Shown here piece by piece: positions 50,387 to 63,169 of a stretch of DNA of 64,000 bases; within the stretch, counting starts at the first letter, position 1; each line of letters opens with the position of its first letter. The stretch covers positions 17,794,001 to 17,858,000 of the forward strand of contig NC_043023.1 in NCBI RefSeq assembly GCF_006345805.1. Direction: 5' to 3'. A program made the position numbers and the translations under genes. The stretch is from Octopus sinensis (taxonomy: Eukaryota). Under the pieces are notes generated by a model, which was not told the origin of the DNA, searched no databases, and worked only from the letters and a program-made list of their open reading frames with translations.

Positions 50387-52994
50387 CAGTGTCCCTTAAC
50401 CTTTATACTACCAGGAATTAGTCCTTCTTTCCACGAACCCCCTGCATCTATGATTAAAAGTCCCACCCAGATTTTAAATAAAATATAAACTATGTTTTTA
50501 GTGATTTTCTTTAATACGATTAGTATTAGTATTCTTGAATGCTTGGTTGAATACCAGGGAGTTCACAACGAAAGTTTCTTTCGACGTTCAGCCTGTTTCT
50601 GTACTTGGCCTTGACTGCAACGAGCCTGCAAAATGCAGCCTCACATAGCCCGTGGATCTACACATAGCTAAAACCCGAAGAATCTGATGTGAGATTAGAG
50701 GCTAAGTAAGAAGGTACTTGATCCATAACGTTTTAAGATCCCCCTTAGCTCAGGGGTTGAACTTCAGCTCAAGAAAGTGCTCTTGCACTTCATGCAAATC
50801 ATCAGTCAATTCACACTGAAATAAGTTCCTGATGAATATCCAGGCTTCACCCTTTTCATCTACATCTGAGAAGCATTTGATGAATTCAATTTTCAAGTTA
50901 GATGAGTGATTATTTGTTTCTTTAACTCAGAATCAAAGTTACCCTAGATGAGAGCAAAATCCAAGTAACTAAACTGGCTGTATTTCCTCGCTGAATTCGA
51001 TATTTTCAGAGATCGAGTTTCATCATGAAGGTTCGAATGATGTCATGGTGCGTGAAAATGTTGAAGTTTTACCGTTGTAGTTTAAAGTCGAGAGCATTCT
51101 CTAGCATACCTGTCCGCCAGGTATGCTAGAGACAGCTGAAAGCCTTCAGACTAGAAATTGTCATGGAGATCTGCCTTCGGTTGCAAATCTAGAAGTATCA
51201 CTACTTCTCGTCGTTCATTAAGCTGTCCAAGCATGTTCCCTTTTTGATCGCCTTCGCACATGCGTGTGAGAAAGCGATGCTTCCTTTCAGAATCCATATT
51301 TTACACAGCAGTTTAAAAAGATGACTGTTTAGGCTCCACCTTTAACAAAGTTGACAACCTTGATAGCCACGTTCAGGAGTTTTCTAATTTCAGTAGGGAA
51401 GGTTTTGGATAGTATGGCTTCACGAGCCCATCAGTACACACTTTTACCTGGTCCAGAATTTAATCTTTGATGTTTTCAGACAAGACGTCGATCCTTCACT
51501 TGACTGTATCATTTGATAGTGAAATCGGGGAAAGCTTGAATGCACTATATTTCCCCTGAACGAGTTGTGCTGCAGGTAGTATACCTGGATTTAGGAGAGA
51601 CTCTCCGATATTATGGCTCTTCTTGCTCTTTGCAATCAACATGGCGATCTCATAGGAAGTCTCGACAATTATTGGAATTTGTTGCCCAAATACCCCACTA
51701 ATGTCAAACAAAGCTTGCTTCAAGAAACTTCTTTTTGTTTCAGAGAATGTCTTGAGCTTGTCTGCAAGAGCAGGATGTGTTGTCCTCATGTGGCATTCCA
51801 AGCCTGAGGGCCGCATTCCATCATTGATCAAAGGTTTGTAACATACCACACATTGGGGGACTTCTCTGTCACCCGTTTGGAAGGACACGAATCCAAATCG
51901 AAATATATTCGTCAAGATACTTCGATTACTCTGCACTCATTGCGAATTATTTCATGTGCAGTGGACAACAGAAATATGTGAACAAAAGGTAAGACACGCG
52001 TAAGGTTATCTCAAGGACCAAGATGGAACATTTTGAGTAAAAAGTTCTGAAATTTTATTTTAATGTTTGGAGTAAAAGAACAGTTATACGAAACATTTGT
52101 ACAATAAAATGTTGTAGTTTTTGTACGAAAATATAAAAAAAATGTTTCTTGAGAAAAGAAAACATTTTGCATAGGTTTTAGTTTTACCTAGTACTTTCTG
52201 TAATATTTAAGTTTGATTTTAGTTTAACATTTGGCTTTATATTATAATTATTTTCTTACCAACGTGTTTACTATATCTTTCACATAAGCATTTAATAATA
52301 AAAATTTTGGTTTTATTGCCAATATTTCTTTCTAATGTGTGTTTTAATTGTTTTGAGACTTTATTAAATTGAGAAATAGTAGAATCTATTATTTTTGTTT
52401 TATTTCCTATTTTCAAATATATAATACTTTTGATCTTCCTAATATTTTAAAATAGTTTTCAATTTTTAAAATTAAGTCAATATTTCTTAGTATGTTACTA
52501 TAATGATTTGATAATGTTTCAGCATGTCTCTTGATTTTTAAGAATCACATTATTTCATATATATGAAAACTGTGGATCAAACTTCTTTATAATCTATTAA
52601 CTGGAAAAGATGTTAATAGTATCTATGCCTTGTAGCAGGGGTTCTTAACCTGAGTCGTGTTATAACAACACAAAAAATAAAAGGCAAATGGTAAAATGTT
52701 AAAATATAGGCAAATGTTAAAGCTACAATTCAGAAATAAGTGAGGGTTCTGAGGGAGATGAAGAGGGGTCACCAATTACAGAAAATGGTGAGTGGCGCTA
52801 AGATAGTAGAATGAGAAAACTAAAGGTATTAGGCGATAATTTTGCATGTTTTTCATAAACTTGTCATTATTTGACCATGTTCTCGTTAAGAAAATAACAT
52901 ATATAATTAGAGAAAATCCTACTTTTTCGCAAGCAGACGCGCTCCCTTCAGAGTTACTGACGCAACCCCTGCACTCCTAGGTTAAGAACCACTG
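50387..52994 (-). mobile_element. hAT element of the Buster/Charlie type, degenerate
   Basis: TIRs CAGTGTCCCTTAACC and GGTTAAGAACCACTG; left flank ATCTAGAG against right flank ATCTCATG (ATCTCGAG in the 56630 copy); ORF PQCVVC..LECHMRTTH..SYEIAMLIAKSKKSHNIGESL..LSNDTV. Confidence 0.85.
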
Positions 52995-53374
52995 ATCTCA
53001 TGGTAAACAACGTACATGATATAGACACTGAATTACACACTAATTTTTATACACTCCCATTCACTCATCCATACACCGAGACAGGTATTTATATATAAAC
53101 ACCGGTATGCATTAACTATGCCTCCTCAAGTGTCACACTGATATATATATATATACCAACTGTCAGAAATGCTACCACACTCACAGTAACAATCATTCGC
53201 ATATATCTCCTATCTTAAAAGTGGATCCAGACTCACATTCACAAACATCCAAAACCAATAAAATGCATGTATAGAGAGACGGATGTAGACCTTAAATTGA
53301 AGTATGGAAAGACATTACGGATTTAGGAAGATATCTTCAGTGAAATAGTATAAAAGAAGATTGATTCAACTTAC

Positions 53375-53446
53375 AGAGTTTTTAAACTGGAGAGATTTTG
53401 GAAAGTTGTTTCGTTGATTGCTTGGATATCGTTATAATGCAAAAAC
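53375..53446 (-). CDS. 72-nt LRR exon, array unit 1
   Basis: ttctccAG acceptor and GTAAGT donor; FLHYNDIQAINETTFQNLSSLKTL. Confidence 0.9.
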
Positions 53447-55158
53447 CTGGAGAATAAAATTGTGTTAAGAACATTTATGGTAAGAAAAAGAAAAAGATGA
53501 TGAAGAAGAAGAAGAAATAGAAAATGAAGAAGGAAAGAAGAAAAGAAGAAGGAGAAAAAATGAAGAAGAAGAAGAAGAAGAAGAAGGGGGAGGAGGAAAA
53601 GGGGGAGGGAGAAGAAGTAGAAGAAGAAAAAGAAGATAATGAAGGAGAAGAGGAGCAGCAAGTAGGAGATACTTCCAGAGAAGGAAACAAACACTAGTTG
53701 AGCGAAGTCCCGAAATGGAAAAAATGCATGAAGGACACCATCCAAGCACCTCCCCACAACACATACACACAACTATCTACTATAACACCAACATTACCAA
53801 CACCACCAGCACCGTTGCCAGCACCACCCGCCATACAAATATCGCCTTCAAAATCTCCTTTGTAAATTTCCCTGCAATCCACATATTGAAGCCCTAATGA
53901 AATACATACAAAAAACTACCAACATCACACCAAAAGATCACAGCACCTAACGCTTCACCTCAAATACAAATACTCAGCATAACTAACAACGCCTTAATTT
54001 CTTGAAAAAAAACCCTACCCCTTTGCGCTGGGAAATTTCCAAAGAACAATAACCAAAATTTTATACAAAACCTGATCGTGGAAACTCCTACAACCACCGA
54101 GAAGGGTGAGAGAAACCATTCACCCTCGCCGTAGCCCAAAAAGTAAGTTGTGCATCATTTTGTTTTCCCATTTCTCTCATCATTGTTTTGCTCAAGCAAG
54201 GCAGTTTAAACGTGCGTGGACAGGGATCATTTTTCAAGTAAGGACGCTTTCTAAACGACCTCAGTTCACTGGATTTGGACGGTGTAGTCATTAGTGAAGC
54301 CAGACTGTCCGGACCACAAGTTTTCCCGCCCCTCTATGGAGGAAATGAGATGTAACGTTTCAGTGGCACTCGAGACAAGGCGATGAAACTGCAATTTGGT
54401 TCCAGAAAGGTCTAGATCTAGAGATCAGTGCAGTCTTTGCGGACCCAGACGGCAATCTCATCGTCTTTGGTGTGAATGGTACTGATGGTGATGCTTTCAG
54501 ACTGGTCGCTGTCTATGCACCAACAAATGTTGAACATTCAGATTATTTCAGGCGTCCGGAAGCTTTTTTGGGAATGTTGCGTAGTTTAGTATTAGTAGGC
54601 GATTTCAAAAGAATCCTAAGATGCACGAATGGATTGTGAGCGGTCAAATGATAGAAGTGGAAACAAATGCCTCACAAACCTGCTCAGACGTTTCCAGCTG
54701 TCTGACAGGTATCGCGCCCTCTTCAGAGTTACTGACGCACCCCCTGCCCCAGGGGACGCGCTCCTAGGTTAAGAACCACTGATCTCATGGTAAACAACCT
54801 ATATGATATAAACACTGAATTACACACTAATTTTTATACACTCCCATTCACTCATCCATACACCGAGACAGGTATTTATATATAAACACAGGTATGCATT
54901 AACTATGCCTCCTCAAGTGTCACACTGATATATATATATACCACCTGTCAGAAATGCTACCACACTCACAGTCACAATCATTCGCATATATCTCCTATCT
55001 TAAAAGTGGATCCAGACTCACATTCACAAACATCCAAAAACAATAAAATGCATGTATAGAGAGACGGATGTAGACCTTAATTGAAGTATGGAAAGACATT
55101 ACGCATTTAGGAAGATATCTTCAGTGAAATAGTATAAAAGAAGATTGATTCAACTTAC

Positions 55159-55230
55159 AGAGTTGTTAAACTGGAGAGATTTTGGAAAGTTGTTTCGTTG
55201 ATTGCTTGGATATCGTTAAAACTCAAATCC
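55159..55230 (-). CDS. 72-nt LRR exon, array unit 2
   Basis: ttttccAG acceptor and GTAAGT donor; DLSFNDIQAINETTFQNLSSLTTL. Confidence 0.9.
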
Positions 55231-57010
55231 CTGGAAAATAAAATTGTGTCAAGAAGAACATTTATGGTAAGAAAAAGAAAAAAATAATGAAGAAGAAGTA
55301 GATAATGATGATGATGATGAAGAAGAAGAAGAAAAAGAAAAAGAAGAAGGAGAAGAAGAAGAAGAAGAGAAGAAGAAGAAGGAGAAGAAAAAGAAGAAGG
55401 AGAAGAAGAAAAAGAAGGAGAAGAAAAAGAAGAAGAAGAAGAAGGAGGAGGAGGAGGAGGCGAGGGAGAAGAAGAAGGAGAAGAAGAAGAAAAAGAAGAC
55501 AAAGAAGGAGAAGAGGAGCAACAAGTAGGAGATACTTCCTGAGAAGGAAACAAACACTAGTTGAGCGAAGTCCCTAAATGGAAAAAATGCATGAAGGACA
55601 CCATCCAAGCACCTCCCCACAACACATATACACAACTATCTTCTATAACACCAACATTACCAACACCACCAATACCGCTGCCAGCACCACCCGCCATACA
55701 AATATCCCCTTCGAAATCACCTTCGTAAATTTCCCTGCAATCCACATATTGAAGCCCTAATGAAATACATACAAAAAACTACCAACATCACACCAAAAGA
55801 TCACAGCACCTAACGCTTCACCTCAAATACAAATACTCAGCATAACTAACAACGCCTTAATTTCTTGAAAAAAAACCCTACCCCTTTGCGCTGGGAAATT
55901 TCCAAAGAACAATAACCAAAAGTCTATACGAAACCTGATCGTGGAAACTCCTACAACCACCGAGAAGGGTGAGAGAAACCATTCACACTCTCCGCAGCCC
56001 AAAAACTAAGTTGTGCATCATTTTGTTTTCCCATTTCTCTCATCATTGTTTTGCTCAAGCAAGGCAGTTTAAACGTTCGTGGACGGGGATCATTTTTCAA
56101 GTAAGGACGCTTTCTAAACGACCTCAGTTCACTGGATTTGGACGGTGTAGTCATTAGTGAAGCCAGACTGACCGGACCACAAGTTTTCATGGAGGATATG
56201 AGATGTAACGTTTCAGTGGCACTCGAGACAAGGCGATGAAACTGCAATTTGGTTGCAGAAAGGTCTAGATCTAGAGATCAGTGTAGTCTTTGCGGACCCA
56301 GACGGCAATCTCATCGTCCTTGGTGTGAATGGTACTGATGGTGATGCTTTCAGACTCGTCGCTGTCTATGCACCAACAAATGTTGGACATTAAGATTATT
56401 TCAGGCGTCCGGAAGCTTTTTTGGGAATGTTGCGTAGTTTAGTATTAGTAGGCGACTTCAAAGAATCCTAAGATGCACGAATGGATTGTGAGCGGTCAAA
56501 TGATAGAAGTGGAAACAAATGCCTCACAAACCTGCTCAGACGTTTCCAGCTGTCTGACAGGTATCGCGCCCTCTCCAGAGTTACTGACGCACCCCCTGCC
56601 CCAGGGGACGCGCTCCTAGGTTAAGAACCACTGATCTCGAGGTAAACAACCTACATGATATAGACACTGAATTACACACTAATTTTTATACACTCCCATT
56701 CACTCATCCATACACCGAGACAGGTATTTATATATAAACACATGTATGCATTAACTATGCCTCCTCAAGTGTCACACTGATATATATATATACCACCTGT
56801 CAGAAATGCTACCACACTCACAGTAACAATCATTAGCATATATCTCCTATCTTAAAAGTGGACCCAGACTCACATTCACAAACATCCAAAAACAATAAAA
56901 TGCATGTATAGAGAGACGGATGTAGACCTTAATTGAAGTATGGAAAGACATTACGCATTTAGGAAGATATCTTCAGTGAAATAGTATAAAAGAAGATTGA
57001 TTCAACTTAC

Positions 57011-57082
57011 AGAGTTGTTAAACTGGAGAGATTTTGGAAAGTTGTTTCGTTGATTGCTTGGATATCGTTTTCAGCAAAATTC
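57011..57082 (-). CDS. 72-nt LRR exon, array unit 3
   Basis: ttctccAG acceptor and GTAAGT donor; NFAENDIQAINETTFQNLSSLTTL. Confidence 0.9.
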
Positions 57083-57379
57083 CTGGAGAATAAAATTGTG
57101 TTAAGAAGAATATTTATGGTAAGAAAAAGAAAAAGATGATGAGGAAGAAGTAGATAATGATGATGATGATGATGATGAAGAAGAACAAGAAGAAAAAGAA
57201 GACGAAGAAGAAGAAGGAAAAGAAGAAGGAGGGGAGGTACAAGAAGATGAAGAAGAATAAGAAGGAGGAGGAGGCGAGGGAGAAGAAGGAGAAGAAGAAG
57301 AACAAGAAGAAAAAGAAGGGAAAGAAGGAGAAGAGGACCAACAAGTAGGAGATACTTCCAGAGAAGGAAACAAACACTA

Positions 57380-59480
57380 GTGGAGCGAAATCCCGATATG
57401 GAAAAAATGCATGAAGGACACCATCCAAGCACCTCCCCACAACACATACACATAACTATCTACTATAACACCAACATTACCAACACCACCAATACCGCTG
57501 CCAGCACCACCCGCCATACAAATATCGCCTTCGAAATCACCTTCGTAAATTTCCCTGCAATCCACATATTGAAGCCCTAATGAAATACATACATAAAACT
57601 ACCAACATCACACCAAAAGATCACAGCACCTAACGCTTCACCTCAAATACAAATACTCAGCATAAGTAACAACGCCTTAATTTCTTGAAAAAAAAACCTA
57701 CCCCTTTGCGCTGGGAAATTTCCAAAGAACAATAACCAAAAGTTTATATAAAACCTGATCGTGGAAACTCCTACAACCATCGAGAAGCGTGGAAGAAACC
57801 ATTCACCCTCGCCGCATCCCAAAAATTAAGTTGTGCATCATTTTGTTTTCCCATTTCTCTCATCATTGTTTTGCTCAAGCAAGGCAGTTTAAACGTGCGT
57901 GGACGGGGATCATTTTTCAAGTAAGGACGCTTTCTAAACGACCTTCGTTCACTGGATTTGGACGGTGTAGTCATTAGTGAAGCCAGACTGACCGGACCAC
58001 AAGTTTTCTTGCCCCTCTATGGAGGATATGAGATGTAACGATTCAGTGGCACCCGAGACAAGGCGATGAAACTGCAATTTGGTTGCAGAAAGGTCTAGAT
58101 CTAGAGATCAGTGTAGTCTTTGCGGACCCAGACGGCAATCTCGTCGTCCTTATGTGAATGGTACTGATGGTGATGCTTTCAGACTGGTCGCTGTCTATGC
58201 ACCAACAAATGTTGGACAGTCAGATTATTTCAGGCGTCCGGAAGCTGTTTTGGGAATGTTGCGTACTTTAGTATTAGTAAGCGATTTCACAGAATCCTAA
58301 GATGCACGAATGGATTGTGTGGGGTCAAATGATAGAAGTGGAAACAAATGCCTCACAAACCTGCTCAGACGTTTCCAGCTGTGTGACGGGTATCGACAGG
58401 ATTTCCCGAATGTGCCAATGTGGTCTTGGGCCAACCGCGTCGGGTCATCCAGGTCATATTTAGGTAAGGTTTTCATTAAGACAACGGAGAAGGGTAATAT
58501 AAGTTGTCTACTTTTCCAAATTGTCAGCTATACCGTCTGCAAATTTGTGATCTCTGAACTTAATTTAGATTTCATAGATTTCCAGTTACTGGAAGCTGAA
58601 CACGTCATACCTAGCATTCTATGCTTACAGTGACCGGATTACAGAATTATTTATGCGGGCCTTGACAGGCGCAATTGTTAACAAGGCCTGGTGGTAGGCC
58701 CTAAAATAGCGGTTAATGCAAAATCAGATTTAGCAAGGCTTCCGTGCAAGAAATGAATGTTATACAGGGTGAGTTAGTTAAATCCTTAAAAGTGACCTTA
58801 AGGGTAAGCAGTGCAACTGATATGCTGACTGCGAGATTGGCCATTGACGAGCACTTCAGGGATAAGCACGAAGGGTGCATTATCAGTGCTTTGAGATAGG
58901 GGGATCTAACGCTGCTCAACAGGCCCGGGTGATAGAGGCACAACGTGACAAGAAAGCTACCATTCAATCCCTAATTGACCAAAGTAGGTGTTTGGGATGA
59001 GTGCTTGGCCAAAACGTAGGTTGAATTTCTCCGATTTCCTACCGCGACTCCTGGGAAGCGAAACTGCGATGGGCTGATAACAGCTACAAAGTTAAGGGAT
59101 TCTTTGACGGGCTGCACGAGGAATAAGTCGCCTAGTTTGGATGGCCTTACCTATGAACGTTATTATAGAATTCCAGATTTGATTTAAGGCATTTTGGCAG
59201 ATATCTACGACAAAAAGCAACGAAATGGGAGAAGTTCTAGCTCTGTGAGCCGGGGGACTCTGATACTCTATCGTCCCTTTCGAACACGCGTGTTTTTTGT
59301 GCTCGTGAGTTTTGGATTTTTCTCGTGTCTCCAAACATGTATAATTTAGTTTGAACATTTAAAGTCTATAAAAGGGAACCTGCTTGAAGGGGGAGGTTTC
59401 CTGGACTATACGTATCGCCCTTTGGTGACGAATTTCTATCCTCTTTTGTATACTGTGAGTTTGATTTATGGCACTCGTTT
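57380..59480 (+). mobile_element. Degenerate, deleted Tx1-clade LINE; its 5' part is captured in the tandem array
   Basis: Remnants of GSLNVRG, FRLVAVYAPT, PNVPMWSWANR and SPSLDGLTYE motifs. Confidence 0.75.
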
Positions 59481-62400
59481 TTTTATTCTTCTAAACATTG
59501 CCTCACGCCCTGGAGAAAGTAACACCCTCTCCCTCAATGCGAACAAGAGGAAAGATGTAAAAGTGTCGGCAAATGAAATCACGGCGGAGGAAATTCGAAC
59601 GTCACTACAGCCAGCAAATCACTTGATACTAGCGAAATAAGGAAACATAAATTCGACAGTCACGGTTTCGCTTCCGTAGCAAAACTCTACCAAGAAACAG
59701 TCAACATAAATATGGATGATATTTTAAAAATCAAAAATCTAATCGAAAGAAAAGGAACAAATGTCACAATGACCCCCACCCCACCCCATGTGATATCACA
59801 CAACCCACTCCATGAAGAGCCGTCACCTTCAAAAAGCTAATTTTAAATGACAAAGTTAGGTTTCCCTCCACAGTGATTCTAAAGACTGTAGTTCTCCTGC
59901 CGACCAACATCGGGCGGTGAGTTACTTACATTAACTTAAAAGTAAGCTTTCCCAACGCGGTAGGCAACTTCCAAACAAACCTAAACAAACAGCTTTATAG
60001 AAATCTGATCGTGGAAGCATTCACAGTCAGCCACTGGAGAGAAGAAAAAACACATTCACCCTCCCCTCAGCTAAAACCATTCGTCCCGTTTTTCCCCCAT
60101 TTTCATCCATCATGGTCTTGCTCAAGTTAAGTAGTTTAAATGTACGTGGCCTGAGATCGCATTGGAAGCAAGGAAACCATTAGCAAAACCAGACTGACAG
60201 GGCTGCAAGCGTTCATGCCTCTCTGCGATGGATACAAGATCTACGCGTCTCTGTGCCAGCCGAGAGTGAGTGGTGGAACTGCGGTTCTATTCCGGAAATC
60301 TCTGGATCTAGAGATCAGGGCAGTCTTTGTGGACCCAGAATACAAGCTGGTTATCCTCGATGTAAATGGCAGTGACGGTTGTGCCTTCACACTAGTCGCT
60401 GCACCAACAGATGTTGGACAATCAGATTATCTTAAGCGCCTGGAGAGTTTTCTAGGAACGTCTGGAAGTTTAGTATTAGTTGGTGACATTAACATCGTCC
60501 TAGATGCACGTGTGGATAGTGTAGGGTCAAGAAATAAGAGAAGAGGAAACGAATGCCTCGTAAATCTGCATAGACATTTTTTTGACAGGCATCGACTGGA
60601 TTACCCGAATGTGCCAATGTGGGCTTGGACCAACCGCATCGAGTCTTCCATATAATATCTCGATAGTTTTCATTAGGTTAGAAGATAAGTATAGCATCAG
60701 TTAGGTTTAGCGAGGCTTTAGCGTTAGAAAAAACAGATAAGAGGATGATTTATTTTGAACCTTATAAGAGGCGTTAAGGGTAGGCATTGCAACTGATGTG
60801 CTGGCAGCGTGATTGTCCCTCGACCAACACGTCAATACTAAGCACGAGGTTGCATTGTCAGAGATCAGGCACGTGCTATGAAACATGAGGGATCGGTGGG
60901 CCCGGGTGGTAGAGGCGCAGCGTAACTGCAAAGCCACCATTCGGTCTTTAGTTGACGAAAATGGGTGCATGATAGATGAACCCAGCCGGATGTGTACGAC
61001 ATTTCAGTAGGACATCGCCCAATTGGGACGAGAGGATGGCCAAAACGCAGCATGGACTTCACGGAATTCCTTGTTGGCCTTCCACGACTCTTGGCGATAA
61101 AAGCCACAGAGGTATGGGATAACTTTGCTGGCTGCACGGTGTGCAAGTCGTCGGTTGTGGATAGTATTTCGTATGAAAGTTATTATAGTATGCATGCCAG
61201 ACCTGTTTGAATTCATTTTGGCAGATAACTACGGCAACTGGTAACAGAATGGGAAAATTCCTAACTCTGTGAGCCTAGGTTTGTGGTACTGCTAAAAAAA
61301 GACCCAAACAAGGAGGTTGTAATTAATAACTTTAGGCCCGTCACTCTGCTAAATGCAGATTTTAAGATTTTGAGTTACGTTTTAGTGAAGTTTGGCGTTT
61401 GTCGTCGAGTAACTGTTTGGGGATGCGCAAACCTACGCCATCCCAAACAGGATTGTCCACGACAAACTCCACCCCGTACGCTACACTATAACAGGACGGT
61501 AAAGGAACCTGGCATGGGAGGTGCACTGATCAATTTAAATTAACAGAAATCCCTAGATAGGGCAGTTATCGGTATTTGGTGGCAATTCTCATTGCTATCG
61601 GCTTGGGTCTAGTATTTTCGGGCTAGATCATGGCAATTTTCTGTGACATTCGGTCAGTGGTTCGGGTGAACGGTCTCCTATAATGCGCTCGGTCCACCAA
61701 GGATGCTCACTCTTCTCTCTACTTTATGTATTGAGTCTGGAACCATTACTGCAGAAACTGGAGGCCTTGAGGAGCATGCCGTATGAACTAGGGTGCAGGA
61801 GATCTGTCTCGTCATATGCGGATGATGTCACAATCATAGTTGTGAACGACAACCACTTGCACATTTTTGTTTATGTCGGAAAAGAATAGGTGGTGATAGG
61901 AACAAAAGTAAACCCAGAATTGTCAGTCGGCCTGCAAACTTGGCACCTGGAGAGGCAGATTGATGACGTCTAGCAACGTCGTCTGACGATTGACGAACGG
62001 TTCAGTGAAATTGCTCGGCGTCTGATTCGGTCCGAACGTCCAGGTAGAGAGAAGAACTGGGACGAGGTAGCGGACAGGGTAGCCAATAACACCCAGAAAT
62101 GGGCTGTGAAAAAAAGCACTCCCTGAAAGGACGGCAGCAGAAGTATCGAATATATACATCGCATCCGTCCTCTTCTACCTCCTGGCCGTCGTTCCTTGCC
62201 TTAATTCGGGCCTGAACAAACTGGAACAGTTATTTTTGCGCTTACTGTGGAAAGAACACTGCCCGCAGGCCAGGCGCTCTATCTACTGCCAACAGTCACT
62301 GAATGGAGGGCTGGGAATGCCGTGGCTAAAGATGCGCAGACATGTGCTGAGGCTGCGACATCTCCAGCTTTACCTTGACGATGAGTAGATGTAGTCACCC

Positions 62401-63140
62401 TTTCTCAGACTCGCTTTCCCACAGGTCGTCTCTTTCGACGAGCAGAACCCATGGATCAGTGGAGGTTCCACCTTGGCTTTCTATGGACATTTAGTAGCTA
62501 ATATGTGCGATGTTATTCTCAGGGAGACTGCGTCGACGATAATGACTCGTTAGTCTGTTCCGGAGGATTTTCGGGCCAGGCTCCATGGATAACAACCATA
62601 AATTCCTGGCCTGACGGTGCTACCGGAGGGCACTACCTGTTGATATAAACTATACAGGCACAAAAGGCGGACCAGCCCATGATGCAAACCAAGTGTTGAG
62701 ACTTTTCTACACGCGCTCGTCCAGTGCCTAAAATTATCTGAATTGTGGTTTATGTTGAATACCTGCCGTCGCATTTTGGACGATCACAGATGTCAACTGA
62801 GTCCATTATAAATATTGCTCCACCGTTTTCCTTTAACCGGGAAAGGCGGGCGGTTTTTCCCTGTCTAGTGGATATCGCACTGGAAGGAGGGGTAAACATT
62901 GCATGAATAAATGGGCCTGACTCGAGCATATATATCTAGGCATTTTGTCCTAATTTTGAGGTTGTTTCGTGACTTGTGGGGTTTCCACGACCAACTCAAG
63001 AAACCTCCCCCTTTTGGGGAATTACTGTTGCTGAATATTTCTACATAATCTTTTAAAATCTTTTACTATTGTTAATTTTTTCGTACACGACTTTCATGTA
63101 TGTCCCCACCCGTATGTCCTCTACTGTTCCTCTATGTTGA
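59480..63140 (+). mobile_element. Degenerate near-full-length Tx1-clade LINE
   Basis: Endonuclease GGTAVLFRKSLDL..LVGDINIVLD; RT NNFRPVTLLNADFKIL, SVHQGC.L..LLYVL.LEPLL, SYADDVT; C-terminal Cys-rich remnants. Confidence 0.85.
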
Positions 63141-63169
63141 GTTCTCAATGGCTGAAAAAAAAACGTATT

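Larger units (their letters stand above)
52938..58395. repeat. Three-unit ~1.8-kb tandem array: hAT end, LRR exon, GAA tract, Tx1 fragment
   Basis: Identical junction GGTATCG|CGCCCTCT at about 54713 and 56565; unit lengths about 1775, 1852 and 1829 bp. Confidence 0.95.

Noticed and set aside
49507-57453. Poly-Leu/Phe/Ser and poly-Lys/Glu ORFs, some ending in an LRR-like peptide
   Set aside because: They read through GAA tracts; only the AG/GT-bounded last 72 nt are real exons.
52938-58395. CRISPR-like reading of constant repeats with variable inserts
   Set aside because: Kilobase-scale eukaryotic intron-exon units with no short repeat-spacer structure or cas genes.
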